Origin: Defluviitaleaceae bacterium | GTDB taxonomy: Bacteria; Bacillota; Clostridia; Lachnospirales; WQUN01 | Length of the DNA stretch: 64,000 nt | Reading direction: 5' to 3' | Assembly: GCA_009787785.1 (NCBI GenBank) | Contig: WQSR01000009.1 | Location: 3,638 to 67,637 of the forward strand | Shown here: piece after piece, positions 34,842 to 44,321 of the stretch | How positions within the stretch are numbered: the stretch's first letter is position 1 | Layout of the letters: each line of letters starts with the position of its first letter | The notes under the pieces: generated by a model | Databases searched by the model: none | Seen by the model: only the letters and a program-made list of their open reading frames with translations | Told to the model about the DNA's origin: nothing | Position numbers and translations under genes: made by a program

Positions 34842-35621
34842 ATGGACGCGCAACGTATCGGGCGGCATGAGGCTTTGCTTTTACTTGCGCACATCACCGG
34901 GAAAAATAAATTACAATTGTTATTGGAAGAAAATATACCCGAGGAACAAGCTCGTGTTTTTTTTAATGCCTTGGAGCGGCGCGTGTCGGGGGAGCCGTTG
35001 CAATATATACTGGGGGAATGGGATTTTTACGGGCTGACCTTTAAAGTGGATAAACGCGCCCTGATACCCCGCCCGGAAACAGAACTGCTGGTGGAGGAAG
35101 TGCTGGCATTGAATCCCCTGCGTGTGCTGGATATATGTACAGGCAGTGGGTGCATTGCCGTCTCGCTGGCGGTATTTTTAAAGGATGCGGAAATAACGGC
35201 GGTGGACATCAGCGCGGACGCCCTGGCACTGGCAAGGGAAAACGCCGAATGGCATGGGGTGGCCCACCGGGTACGCTTTGTGCAATCGGATTTGGCCGGG
35301 GGCTTACTCCGGGAGCCGGGGCAGGGGTTCGATGCCATCGTATCCAACCCGCCGTATATCCCTACGGGTGAATTGCACGGCTTGCAAACCGAGGTGCGGG
35401 ATTTTGAGCCACACTTGGCCTTGGACGGCGGTGTGGACGGCATGGACTTGTACCGCAAGCTGCTGCCCCAGGCGAAGGCATTACTACGGCCCGGCGGGGC
35501 ATTATTTTTGGAAATCGGGCCCGGTGGGGTGGGGGAGCTGGCCACCGCCGCAGGGTTCGGGGCTGTACGGATAAAAAAGGATTACTCGGGGCTGGATAGG
35601 GTAGTCATTGCATTCTTATAA
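34842..35621 (+). CDS. prmC: Peptide chain release factor N5-glutamine methyltransferase
   Basis: Start at the ATG at 34842. Motifs GEPLQYILGEWDFYGL, LIPRPETE, DICTGSGCIA and the catalytic NPPY. Confidence 0.9.
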   Translation: MDAQRIGRHEALLLLAHITGKNKLQLLLEENIPEEQARVFFNALERRVSGEPLQYILGEWDFYGLTFKVDKRALIPRPETELLVEEVLALNPLRVLDICTGSGCIAVSLAVFLKDAEITAVDISADALALARENAEWHGVAHRVRFVQSDLAGGLLREPGQGFDAIVSNPPYIPTGELHGLQTEVRDFEPHLALDGGVDGMDLYRKLLPQAKALLRPGGALFLEIGPGGVGELATAAGFGAVRIKKDYSGLDRVVIAFL

Positions 35622-35672
35622 TTTTTTCGCTAAACTGGCTAAAATTTCATATCCACCAAGGGAGAGCGGGCA

Positions 35673-36980
35673 ATGGCTACAGGTGTATTGATGCCGAAGG
35701 CGGGCATATCGGTTGAAAGCTGTATTATCGGCACATGGCACAAACAGCCCGGCGACCCTGTCCAGATGGGTGACATCCTCTTCGATTATGAAACGGACAA
35801 GGCTACCTTTGAGTGCGAGTCTACGGCAGTGGGGCATCTCATTGAAATTTTTTTCCAGAGCGGCGACGAGGTGCCGTGCTTGACGGTTGTGTGCGCCGTG
35901 GGGCAACCGGGCGAGGATGTTTCCGGTTTGAAGACCGGTAGCCCGCCCGTATCCGAACCCGTACCCGCATCTGCACCCGCACCCGTATCCACGCCTTCCA
36001 TAGTTGAGCCTTCCATAGCTGAGACTTCCATAACCGCGCCGCCCGCAGTGCAAGCCGGCTCCGGTATAGTGGGTGCCGTGTCCCCCCGCGCCAGAAAATT
36101 AGCGGAACGCTTGCGGGTGGATTTGCAATATGTCACCCCCACGGGCCCCCGGGGACGCGTCATCGAAAGGGATATCCAGACGGCGGCGCGTACGCTGAAA
36201 ACCGGGGACGGCATCGGCGGCCGCAGGCAGGACGGTTTTATCGGTGGGGCGGGTGCCGCTTCGGGGGTTTCTCTTGCCGCCGGCGCGGGATATACCGACG
36301 AAAAAATGTCCCCCATCCGCAAGGTTATCGCCAAATCCATGCTCAAATCCCTTACGGAAATCGCACAGCTCACCCATGTACATTCCTGCGACGCCACGGT
36401 TTTGCTAAGCCTACGGCGGCGTTTCAAAGATTCCGGCAAAGGTCTTGAGGGTATTTCCCTCAATGACCTTGTTATATTTGCCGTTGCGCGGACACTGGCC
36501 GCCCACCCCGATTTAAACGCCCACTTGGTCAATGGGGATACCTTGCGTAGGTTCAACGGGGTGCATTTGGGCATGGCGGTGGATACGCCCCGGGGCTTGC
36601 TGGTGCCGACGATTTTCAATGCCGACAAAATGAGCCTTTTGCAATTGTCGGCGGCAACAAAGGACGTAGCCGACATGGCGAAATCCGGTAGCATCAGCCC
36701 GGATTTGTTGCAGGGCGCGTCCTTTACCGTATCCAATTTAGGCGCGCTGGGGGTGGAAATGTTCACCCCGGTGATAAATCCGCCCCAGGTGGCGATTTTG
36801 GGTGTGTGCGGACTTTCCCCCAAGGTGAAGGAAGAAAATGGGAAAATTGCGGTGTATCAAAGCATGGGGCTGGCCCTGACTTACGACCACAGGGCCGTGG
36901 ACGGCGCACCCGCCTCGCGGTTTGCCGCCAATCTGGCCAAGAATCTGGAAAATATAGATTTGCTAATGATGTCTTTATAA
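35673..36980 (+). CDS. Dihydrolipoamide acyltransferase (E2) of a 2-oxoacid/acetoin-type dehydrogenase complex
   Basis: 435 aa. One lipoyl domain (ETDKATFE), a Pro/Ala linker, a subunit-binding domain (SPRARKLA...GPRGRV), and a catalytic domain with DHRAVDG. Confidence 0.93.
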   Translation: MATGVLMPKAGISVESCIIGTWHKQPGDPVQMGDILFDYETDKATFECESTAVGHLIEIFFQSGDEVPCLTVVCAVGQPGEDVSGLKTGSPPVSEPVPASAPAPVSTPSIVEPSIAETSITAPPAVQAGSGIVGAVSPRARKLAERLRVDLQYVTPTGPRGRVIERDIQTAARTLKTGDGIGGRRQDGFIGGAGAASGVSLAAGAGYTDEKMSPIRKVIAKSMLKSLTEIAQLTHVHSCDATVLLSLRRRFKDSGKGLEGISLNDLVIFAVARTLAAHPDLNAHLVNGDTLRRFNGVHLGMAVDTPRGLLVPTIFNADKMSLLQLSAATKDVADMAKSGSISPDLLQGASFTVSNLGALGVEMFTPVINPPQVAILGVCGLSPKVKEENGKIAVYQSMGLALTYDHRAVDGAPASRFAANLAKNLENIDLLMMSL

Positions 36981-36993
36981 GAAGGTGAAAGCC

Positions 36994-38364
36994 ATGTCCC
37001 AACGGCATAGCGATGTACTGATTATCGGCGGCGGCCCCGCCGGATATCTGGCCGCAGAAAGAGCGGCCCAGGGCGGCCTGACGGTGACGCTGTTTGAGAA
37101 ACGCGCCATGGGTGGCGTGTGCTTGAATGAAGGATGCATCCCCACGAAAACCCTTTTGCACTCCGCGAAAATCTACGAAACCGCCTTAAAAGGCGGCGCG
37201 TATGGCGTCACCGCCGACAATGTAAGGCTGGACCACAACGCCGTAGTCACCCGCAAGGACAAGGTAGTGAAAATGCTTGTCTCCGGTGTGGAAGGCAAGA
37301 TGAAGGCGGGCAAAATATCCGTAATAAAATCAACTGCGGTTATAAACGAAAAAAACGGAGCCCATTTTATCGTGGAAGGGGCGGGGGAAAAATACAGCGG
37401 GCGGTATATATTGCTTGCCGCAGGTTCAGAGCCCATGATTCCTCCCATACCCGGCTTGAAGGAAGGGCTCGAAAAGGGCTTCGCCGTAACCAGCCGCGAA
37501 ATCCTCGAACTGCGGGAAATACCTGAAAAGTTAACGGTTATCGGCGCGGGGGTGGTGGGCTTGGAAATGGCGGCCTACTTCGCCACGGCAGGGTCGAAAG
37601 TCAGCGTCATTGAAATGACGGAAAAGATTGCCGGCTACACCGACGCGGAAATCGCCAGCATCCTGTTGAAGGACATGCAACATAGAGGCATTGATTTCAA
37701 GCTGGGGTGCCAAGTGACCGGATTGTCCCCCGGCTCCGTTACCTATGAGAAAAACGGCAAGGCCGAAAAACTGTCAACCGACTGTGTGCTCATCGCCATA
37801 GGCCGCCGCCCCACGATTCAAAACTTGGGCTTCGAGAAATTAAACATCCACACAGAGCGGGGCGCAATCCCCACGGACAATCAACTGCGCACCAATGTTT
37901 CCGGTGTATACGCCATAGGCGACATCAACGGCAAAAGTATGCTGGCCCATACCGCCTACCGGGAGGCCGAGGTCGCCGTCAATCACATTTTGGGTAAAAA
38001 GGACACCATGCGCTATGACGCGATTCCGGCGGTGATTTACACCGCCCCCGAGGTCGCCGGGGTGGGGGAAACGGAGGAATCCGCCCGGGAAAAGGGACTG
38101 GCCTTTTCCGTGAAAAAATTATCCACGCGCTATTCCGGGCGTTTTGTGGCGGAGAACGACAAAGCCGACGGCTTATGTAAGCTTCTTATCGAAAACGGTA
38201 CGGAACGTCTCATCGGCGCGCATTTGATTGGCCCCTATGCCTCGGAAATGATTTACGGGGCGTCTATGATGATTGAGTCCCGCTGGCCGGTGGGCGATTT
38301 GAAGGAACTGGTCTTCCCCCATCCCACGGTGAGTGAAATTATACGTGAAACATTCTTTAATTAA
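36994..38364 (+). CDS. lpd: Dihydrolipoyl dehydrogenase (E3)
   Basis: The ATG at 36994 follows AGAAGGTGA. FAD motif IIGGGPAGY, redox disulfide GGVCLNEGCIPTK, and the C-terminal interface HPT.SE. Confidence 0.95.
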   Translation: MSQRHSDVLIIGGGPAGYLAAERAAQGGLTVTLFEKRAMGGVCLNEGCIPTKTLLHSAKIYETALKGGAYGVTADNVRLDHNAVVTRKDKVVKMLVSGVEGKMKAGKISVIKSTAVINEKNGAHFIVEGAGEKYSGRYILLAAGSEPMIPPIPGLKEGLEKGFAVTSREILELREIPEKLTVIGAGVVGLEMAAYFATAGSKVSVIEMTEKIAGYTDAEIASILLKDMQHRGIDFKLGCQVTGLSPGSVTYEKNGKAEKLSTDCVLIAIGRRPTIQNLGFEKLNIHTERGAIPTDNQLRTNVSGVYAIGDINGKSMLAHTAYREAEVAVNHILGKKDTMRYDAIPAVIYTAPEVAGVGETEESAREKGLAFSVKKLSTRYSGRFVAENDKADGLCKLLIENGTERLIGAHLIGPYASEMIYGASMMIESRWPVGDLKELVFPHPTVSEIIRETFFN

Positions 38365-38385
38365 TTCCCAAAAGGAGTAAAAATC

Positions 38386-40851
38386 ATGCCCAAATCCCTG
38401 CACATCAGTCCTGCCGAGTTGAAAAAAACCGGTAAAATTACCTTCAAGGACATTCCCGTAAACAGCTACAAAAAAACCGCAAAGCAAGCGCGGAAGGATT
38501 TTTCCGATGCGGAGCTGGTGCGGATTTACCGCGATATTACGATACTGCGCGAGTTTGAGCATATGCTCAACCAGATAAAAACCCAGGGTGTGTACAGCGG
38601 CATCGAGACCCAATACCCCGGCCCCGCCCATTTGTCTTTGGGGCAGGAGGCCGCCGCCGTGGGCCAGGCGTATCTGCTGGACAAGGATGACTTCATCTTC
38701 GGTAGCCACCGCAGTCACAGCGAAATTCTGGCGAAATCCCTGTCCTGCATCGAAAAGCTAAGCGACAAAGAACTCATGGAAATCATGGAGAATTTCCTGG
38801 GTGGGCGCATATTGAAGACCCTGACGAAAATATACAAGCATTCCTCCGTGAAGGAGCTGGCCATTACCTTCATTATATATGGCACGCTGACGGAGATTTT
38901 CGCCAGGGAGAACGGCTTCCATATGGGGCTTGGCGGCTCTATGCACGCCTTTTTCCTGCCCTTCGGCGTGTACCCCAACAACGCCATTGTGGGCGGCTCG
39001 GGGCCGGTGTCCATCGGCGGCGCGTTGTACAAAAAATGCAACAATAAGAAGGGCATCGTGGTGTGTAATATCGGCGACGGCTCTTTGGGATGCGGGCCTG
39101 TGTGGGAAGCCTTGAATTTCGCCGCCATGGGGCAGTTTGATACCCTGTGGAAGGATAAGCCCGGCGGCCTTCCCATTATTTTTAATGTTTTTAATAACGG
39201 CTACGGCATGGGTGGCCAAACCAGCGGCGAAACCATGGCCTATGATATGCTGGCGCGCCTGGGCGCGGGCGTGAACGCGGAGCAGATGCACGCCGAGCGG
39301 GTGTGGGGCAACGACCCGCTGGCGGTAATTGACGCTTACAAACGCAAAAAAGCCATCATTAAGAAAAACGGCGGCCCCGTGCTGTTGGATGTGGTCACTT
39401 ACCGTCATTCCGGGCATTCCACCTCGGACCAAAACGCCTACCGTTCCAAGGAGGAAATGGACGAATGGTTCGCCCTGGACCCGTGCACGGTTTTCCGCAA
39501 TGAACTGGTGGAGGCGGGGGTCGCCGCCGACGGAGTTTTCGACGACATCTGGACGCAAACCCGGGAACGCATGAAGCAAATTTGCCAATGGGCCTCCAGC
39601 GAAGAGATTTCCCCCTACATGGATTTGAAAAAAGACCGCGCCGCCGTGGAACGCATTATGTTTTCGAATACGAAAATCCCCGTCCTTGGAAAGGAAAAGC
39701 CGGTTGTGCTGATTCCCAAGGAGGAATGCTCACGGGTGAAGCAAATCGCGGGCAAGGAGCGGTTCGCCCTTAAAAATGGCAAGCCCGTGAGCAAGATGAA
39801 ATGCTACAACTACCGCGACGCCATTTTTGAGCCCATTTTGGATAAATGCTACGAGGATTCCTCGTTGATACTCTATGGTGAGGACGTGCGGGACTGGGGC
39901 GGGGCCTTCGCGGTATACCGCGGCCTGGCCGAGGTTTTGCCCCATTCCAGATTGTTCAACGCGCCCATTTCCGAGGCCGCCATTGTGGGCAGTGCCGTGG
40001 GCTATGGGCTTTGCGAGGGCCGTGCGGTGGTAGAGCTTATGTATTGCGATTTCATCGGTAGGGCAGGGGACGAGATATTCAATCAGCTTTCGAAATGGCA
40101 ATCCATGAGCGCGGGTATTTTAAAGATGCCTGTGGTATTGCGGGTTTCCGTTGGGTCGAAATACGGTGCCCAGCATTCCCAGGACTGGACCGCGCTGTGC
40201 GCCCACATTCCGGGGTTGAAGATTTGCTTCCCCGCCACGCCCTATGAGGCCAAGGGCCTGATGCAAACCGCGCTGAACGGCACCGACCCCGTTGTATTTT
40301 TCGAGAGCCAGCGGCTCTATGATATGGGCGAGCAATTCCAGGAAGGCGGCGTTCCCGCCGAGCCCTACGAGCTGGAAATCGGCGACGTGAACGTGGTGCG
40401 CACGGGCAAGGACATTACCATTTTGACCATCGGCGCGACGCTGTACAAAGCCGTGGAAGCCGCAGAGATTTTGAAGGATACATTCGGCATGGAAGCGGAT
40501 ATTATCAACCTGTACAGCCTTGTCCCCCTGGACTATACGAAAATCGTGGCGTCGGTGAAGAAGACCGGGAAGCTGGTGCTGGCCTCCGATGCCTGTGCGC
40601 GGGGCTCCTTCCTGAGCGACATTGCGCGGAATGTAACCGAGCTGTGCTTCGACGATTTGGACGCGCCGCCGGTGGTGGTGGGTGCGAAAAACTGGATAAC
40701 CCCGCCCTTTGAGTTCGATGAATTTTTCTTCCCCCAGGCGGGCTGGATTCTGGACGCGATAAACGAAAGCATCATCCCGCTACCCGGCCATGTACCGGTT
40801 GAAAGCTTTACCGTGATGGAGCAACTACGCAAGGCTAAACTGGGGGTTTAG
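38386..40851 (+). CDS. Fused E1 alpha-beta thiamine-diphosphate-dependent dehydrogenase component
   Basis: 821 aa. The N-terminal half is E1-alpha-like (HLSLGQEA...GDGS...N.YG). The C-terminal half is E1-beta/transketolase-pyrimidine-like (FNAPISEAAIVG...) with a transketolase_C domain. Confidence 0.88.
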   Translation: MPKSLHISPAELKKTGKITFKDIPVNSYKKTAKQARKDFSDAELVRIYRDITILREFEHMLNQIKTQGVYSGIETQYPGPAHLSLGQEAAAVGQAYLLDKDDFIFGSHRSHSEILAKSLSCIEKLSDKELMEIMENFLGGRILKTLTKIYKHSSVKELAITFIIYGTLTEIFARENGFHMGLGGSMHAFFLPFGVYPNNAIVGGSGPVSIGGALYKKCNNKKGIVVCNIGDGSLGCGPVWEALNFAAMGQFDTLWKDKPGGLPIIFNVFNNGYGMGGQTSGETMAYDMLARLGAGVNAEQMHAERVWGNDPLAVIDAYKRKKAIIKKNGGPVLLDVVTYRHSGHSTSDQNAYRSKEEMDEWFALDPCTVFRNELVEAGVAADGVFDDIWTQTRERMKQICQWASSEEISPYMDLKKDRAAVERIMFSNTKIPVLGKEKPVVLIPKEECSRVKQIAGKERFALKNGKPVSKMKCYNYRDAIFEPILDKCYEDSSLILYGEDVRDWGGAFAVYRGLAEVLPHSRLFNAPISEAAIVGSAVGYGLCEGRAVVELMYCDFIGRAGDEIFNQLSKWQSMSAGILKMPVVLRVSVGSKYGAQHSQDWTALCAHIPGLKICFPATPYEAKGLMQTALNGTDPVVFFESQRLYDMGEQFQEGGVPAEPYELEIGDVNVVRTGKDITILTIGATLYKAVEAAEILKDTFGMEADIINLYSLVPLDYTKIVASVKKTGKLVLASDACARGSFLSDIARNVTELCFDDLDAPPVVVGAKNWITPPFEFDEFFFPQAGWILDAINESIIPLPGHVPVESFTVMEQLRKAKLGV

Positions 40852-40852
40852 T

Positions 40853-41923
40853 ATGCTGACGCAAATTATTCCGGCGTTGCGGATGCTGTATTCCCTGGAA
40901 ATGGGGCGGCTGGCGACGGCGACATTCCATGCCGGGGCGCAGGACGGGGAGCTGACCCTCAGCGAGGAGAACAATTTTTCGGATGTAGACATAAAAAAAT
41001 CATTTCAGGATTATTGCAAATCCGGGGGCGTACCCCCCCAGCGTGTTGTAGTGGGGATCATGGGCGTTGTCGAATTGGCTTGCCACGCATCCCCCGGAGG
41101 ACGCCTGGCCGGGAAAATCGCCATCGTTACGGGCAGTGCCCAGGGCTTCGGCAAGGGCATCGCGGAAGCCTTGGCCGCCGAAGGCGTGTATGTGGTCATC
41201 GCTGACATCAACGCCGGGGGCGCGGCGGAATGTGCCGCCGGGCTGAATGAAAAATATGGGGCGTACCGTTCCCTTCCCGTTGCGGTCAACGTGACCGACG
41301 AAGCCTCCGTGGAAAACATGGTGCGCGAAACCGTCTTGGCCTATGGCGGCTTGGATATTTTGATTTCCAACGCGGGGGTAGTGCGCTCGGGCAATTTATT
41401 TGAGTTGACCAAGGAAAATTTCGAATTTGTGACGGCGGTGAACTATACCGCCTTCTTTTTATGCGCCAAGCACGCCGCCGCTGTGATGAAACGCCAGCAC
41501 GACATCACCCCGGCTTTTCCCGCCGATATCATTGAAATAAATTCAAAATCCGGCCTGGAGGGTAGTAATAAGAATTTTGCCTACGCGGGGAGCAAGTTCG
41601 GCGGGATTGGCCTGACCCAGTCCTTCGCCATGGAATGCATCGAGTATGGCATAAAGGTCAACGCCGTGTGCCCGGGGAATTTCCTGGACGGCCCCCTGTG
41701 GGCGGACCCGGTGAACGGGCTGTTCAAGCAATATCTGGACGCGGGCAAGGTGAAGGGCGCGAAGACCATCGCCGATGTGCGCAAATACTACGAAAGCCGC
41801 GTGCCCATGGGGCGCGGCTGTGAAATCGCCGACGTGGCCCGCGCCATCTTCTACGCGGTGGAGCAACAATACGAAACGGGCCAGGCCATTCCCGTGACGG
41901 GGGGGCAGGTGATGCTGAAATGA
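40853..41923 (+). CDS. Short-chain dehydrogenase/reductase (sorbitol-6-phosphate-dehydrogenase-like) with an N-terminal extension of about 95 aa
   Basis: SDR core: GKIAIVTGSAQGFG, NAG, and YAGSK as the YxxxK catalytic motif. The ATG at 40853 lies 1 nt after the E1 stop. The extension has no recognised family. Confidence 0.8.
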   Translation: MLTQIIPALRMLYSLEMGRLATATFHAGAQDGELTLSEENNFSDVDIKKSFQDYCKSGGVPPQRVVVGIMGVVELACHASPGGRLAGKIAIVTGSAQGFGKGIAEALAAEGVYVVIADINAGGAAECAAGLNEKYGAYRSLPVAVNVTDEASVENMVRETVLAYGGLDILISNAGVVRSGNLFELTKENFEFVTAVNYTAFFLCAKHAAAVMKRQHDITPAFPADIIEINSKSGLEGSNKNFAYAGSKFGGIGLTQSFAMECIEYGIKVNAVCPGNFLDGPLWADPVNGLFKQYLDAGKVKGAKTIADVRKYYESRVPMGRGCEIADVARAIFYAVEQQYETGQAIPVTGGQVMLK

Positions 41924-43068
41924 TAAACAATCACATCCACACGATTTATTCCTTTTCGCCCTACACCCCAGCGACGGCGGTGCGCCTTGCCAAGGAAAAC
42001 GGATTGCAAACCGCCGGCATCATGGACCACGACAGTGTGGCTGGTTTGCGGGAATTTATCCGGGCCGGGCAGGAAGAGGGCATCGGCGTGACGGTGGGCT
42101 TCGAGTTGCGCACCTGCTTCAAGGGCACGCCCTTTGCGGGGCGGCGCATTAACAATCCCGACCAGGATTCGGTGGCGTATTTGGCCATGCACGGCATCCC
42201 CCATGATAAAATCGACGCGGCCGACGCCTTTTTGAAGCCGTACCGGGAAGCGCGGAATATCCGCAACCGGAGGATGACCGAGAAGCTGGATGCCTTCGTC
42301 CGAGGGGCGGGGCTGGCAATGGATTTCGACAAGGACGTGTTGCCCCTTTCCCAGCATGAAAAAGGCGGCTCAGTTACCGAGCGGCATATCCTCTTCGCGC
42401 TGGCGGAAAAAACAATGGGGCAGGTGGCCCCCGGCCCGGCTACCATTGCTTTCTTGAAAGACCATTTCGGCATCGAAGCAAGGGGAAAAAACCTGCAAAT
42501 GCTCAGTGACTCCGGCAACGCGTGGTACGCCTATTATTTGCTGGGCGTGCTGAAAGCGGATATGATGGCGCATTTTTACCTTGACGCGGACGCAGAATTG
42601 CCAGATTATAAGAATTTTATTTCCCTGGCCGAAGAAATCGGCGCGATTCCCGCCTATGCCTATTTGGGTGATGTGGGCGACTCCATTACAGGAGATAAAA
42701 AAACGCAGAAATTTGAAGATGAATTTTTGGATGAACTCATTATTTTTTTGAAGGAAGCCGGATTTAGAGCCATTACCTACATGCCGGCAAGGAACACAAG
42801 TGAACAACTTGCGCGTTTAATTACACTATGCGAGCAACATGAAATATTCGAAATTTGTGGCGAGGACATCAATTCCCCCTTCCAGCCCTTCGTGTGCAAG
42901 GAGCTCGAAAGGGCGGAATACAAGCATCTTGTGGACGCCGCCTGGGCGTTGATTGGCCATGAGAAGGCGGGCTTCGGCGCGGGGTTGTTTTCCCAAGGGG
43001 CGATACACAATTATCCCGCCCTGAAGGAACGCGTAAAACATTTTGCAAATATGGGGAGAGCGCGATGA
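41920..43068 (+). CDS. PHP-domain (polymerase/histidinol-phosphatase-like) metal-dependent phosphoesterase
   Basis: 382 aa. N-terminal NNHIHTIYS His motif and GIMDHD. ATGA overlap with the SDR stop. Confidence 0.7.
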   Translation: MINNHIHTIYSFSPYTPATAVRLAKENGLQTAGIMDHDSVAGLREFIRAGQEEGIGVTVGFELRTCFKGTPFAGRRINNPDQDSVAYLAMHGIPHDKIDAADAFLKPYREARNIRNRRMTEKLDAFVRGAGLAMDFDKDVLPLSQHEKGGSVTERHILFALAEKTMGQVAPGPATIAFLKDHFGIEARGKNLQMLSDSGNAWYAYYLLGVLKADMMAHFYLDADAELPDYKNFISLAEEIGAIPAYAYLGDVGDSITGDKKTQKFEDEFLDELIIFLKEAGFRAITYMPARNTSEQLARLITLCEQHEIFEICGEDINSPFQPFVCKELERAEYKHLVDAAWALIGHEKAGFGAGLFSQGAIHNYPALKERVKHFANMGRAR

Positions 43069-44321
43069 AAACAAAAGCGGTTCGATTGTATGGCGTGGAC
43101 GACTTGCGGCTGGAGGAATTTGAACTACCTCCCGTAGGCGCGGAGGAATTGCTGGTGAAAATCGTCGCGGATTCCGCGTGTATGTCCACCTACAAAGCGG
43201 TAAAGCAGGGAAGCGCGCACAAGCGCGTGCCGGACAATGTCCATGAAAATCCTGTCATTGTGGGCCATGAGTTCTGCGGGGAAATAGTGGAAGTGGGGCA
43301 AAATCTGGCCGGACAATATCAGCCCGGACAGAAATTCACCATGCAACCGGGGATGAAGGGCACCATGGAGGCGGCGGGATATTCCTTCCCGCACCTCGGC
43401 GGCAATATGACCCACGGGATTATCCCCAAATGTTATTTTGACCAGAGCTGTGTATTATTATATGAAGGGGAGGGTTTTTTCCACGGCTCACTGACGGAGC
43501 CCCTCTCCTGCGTGATTGGGGCCACCCGCGCCAATTATCACACCCGCCAAGGGGAATATATCCACGACATGGATATAAAAGAAGGCGGAAATATGGCCAT
43601 CTTGGGGGGTTGCGGGCCCATGGGCTTTGCCCATATTGATTATATTTTGCACCGCGACCGGAAGCCGGGCCTGCTGGTGGTTACGGATGTGAAGCAGGAT
43701 AATCTTGACGCGGCGGCGGCGGCTCTTACTGTGGCGAATGCCTTAGAAAACGGCATAAAGCTGGTTTATTTTAATCCCGCGTCCTCCCCTGACCCGGTGG
43801 GAGAGCTCATGAAGCTGACCCATGGGCGCGGGTACGATGACGTTTTCGTATTTTTCCCCCTGGCTGGGCTGGTGGAGCAAGCCGACGCGATACTGGCCAA
43901 CGATGGATGCCTTAATTTTTTTGCCGGGCCAGCGGATACGGCGTTTTCCGCGAAATTGAATTTCTACAATGTGCATTACAACGCCACCCATGTGGTGGGC
44001 ACCAACGCGGGCAACATCGACGACATGAAAGAAGCCTTGGCCATGGCGGCGGCGGGGAAAATTAACCCCGCGGTGCTGGTCTCCCACGTGGGGGGGCTGG
44101 ACGCGGTTGCGGAAACGATTCTAAACCTGCCCGGCATACCCGGCTTCAAAAAGTTAATCTACAATGAAATTTCCATGCCTCTCACCGCGATAAAAGATTT
44201 TGCGGATAAAGGGGAAAAATGTCCGTTTTATAAAACATTAGCGGATATATGCAAGCAAAATAATGGCCTTTGGAGTGTTGAAGCGGAAAAATATCTATTG
44301 GAACACGCGCCAAGGCTGTAA
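43065..44321 (+). CDS. Zinc-type medium-chain dehydrogenase/reductase (L-sorbose-1-phosphate-reductase-like)
   Basis: 418 aa. Motifs CMSTYK...GHEFCGEIVEVG and the Rossmann motif GGCGPMG. ATGA overlap upstream. Confidence 0.8.
   Translation: MKTKAVRLYGVDDLRLEEFELPPVGAEELLVKIVADSACMSTYKAVKQGSAHKRVPDNVHENPVIVGHEFCGEIVEVGQNLAGQYQPGQKFTMQPGMKGTMEAAGYSFPHLGGNMTHGIIPKCYFDQSCVLLYEGEGFFHGSLTEPLSCVIGATRANYHTRQGEYIHDMDIKEGGNMAILGGCGPMGFAHIDYILHRDRKPGLLVVTDVKQDNLDAAAAALTVANALENGIKLVYFNPASSPDPVGELMKLTHGRGYDDVFVFFPLAGLVEQADAILANDGCLNFFAGPADTAFSAKLNFYNVHYNATHVVGTNAGNIDDMKEALAMAAAGKINPAVLVSHVGGLDAVAETILNLPGIPGFKKLIYNEISMPLTAIKDFADKGEKCPFYKTLADICKQNNGLWSVEAEKYLLEHAPRL

Noticed and set aside
35616-36053. 145-aa Gly/Arg/Tyr/Cys-rich minus-strand ORF at the prmC/E2 junction
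   Set aside because: It is antisense to the E2 lipoyl domain and linker. Its repetitive composition mirrors the Pro/Ala linker on the other strand, and it has no RBS.
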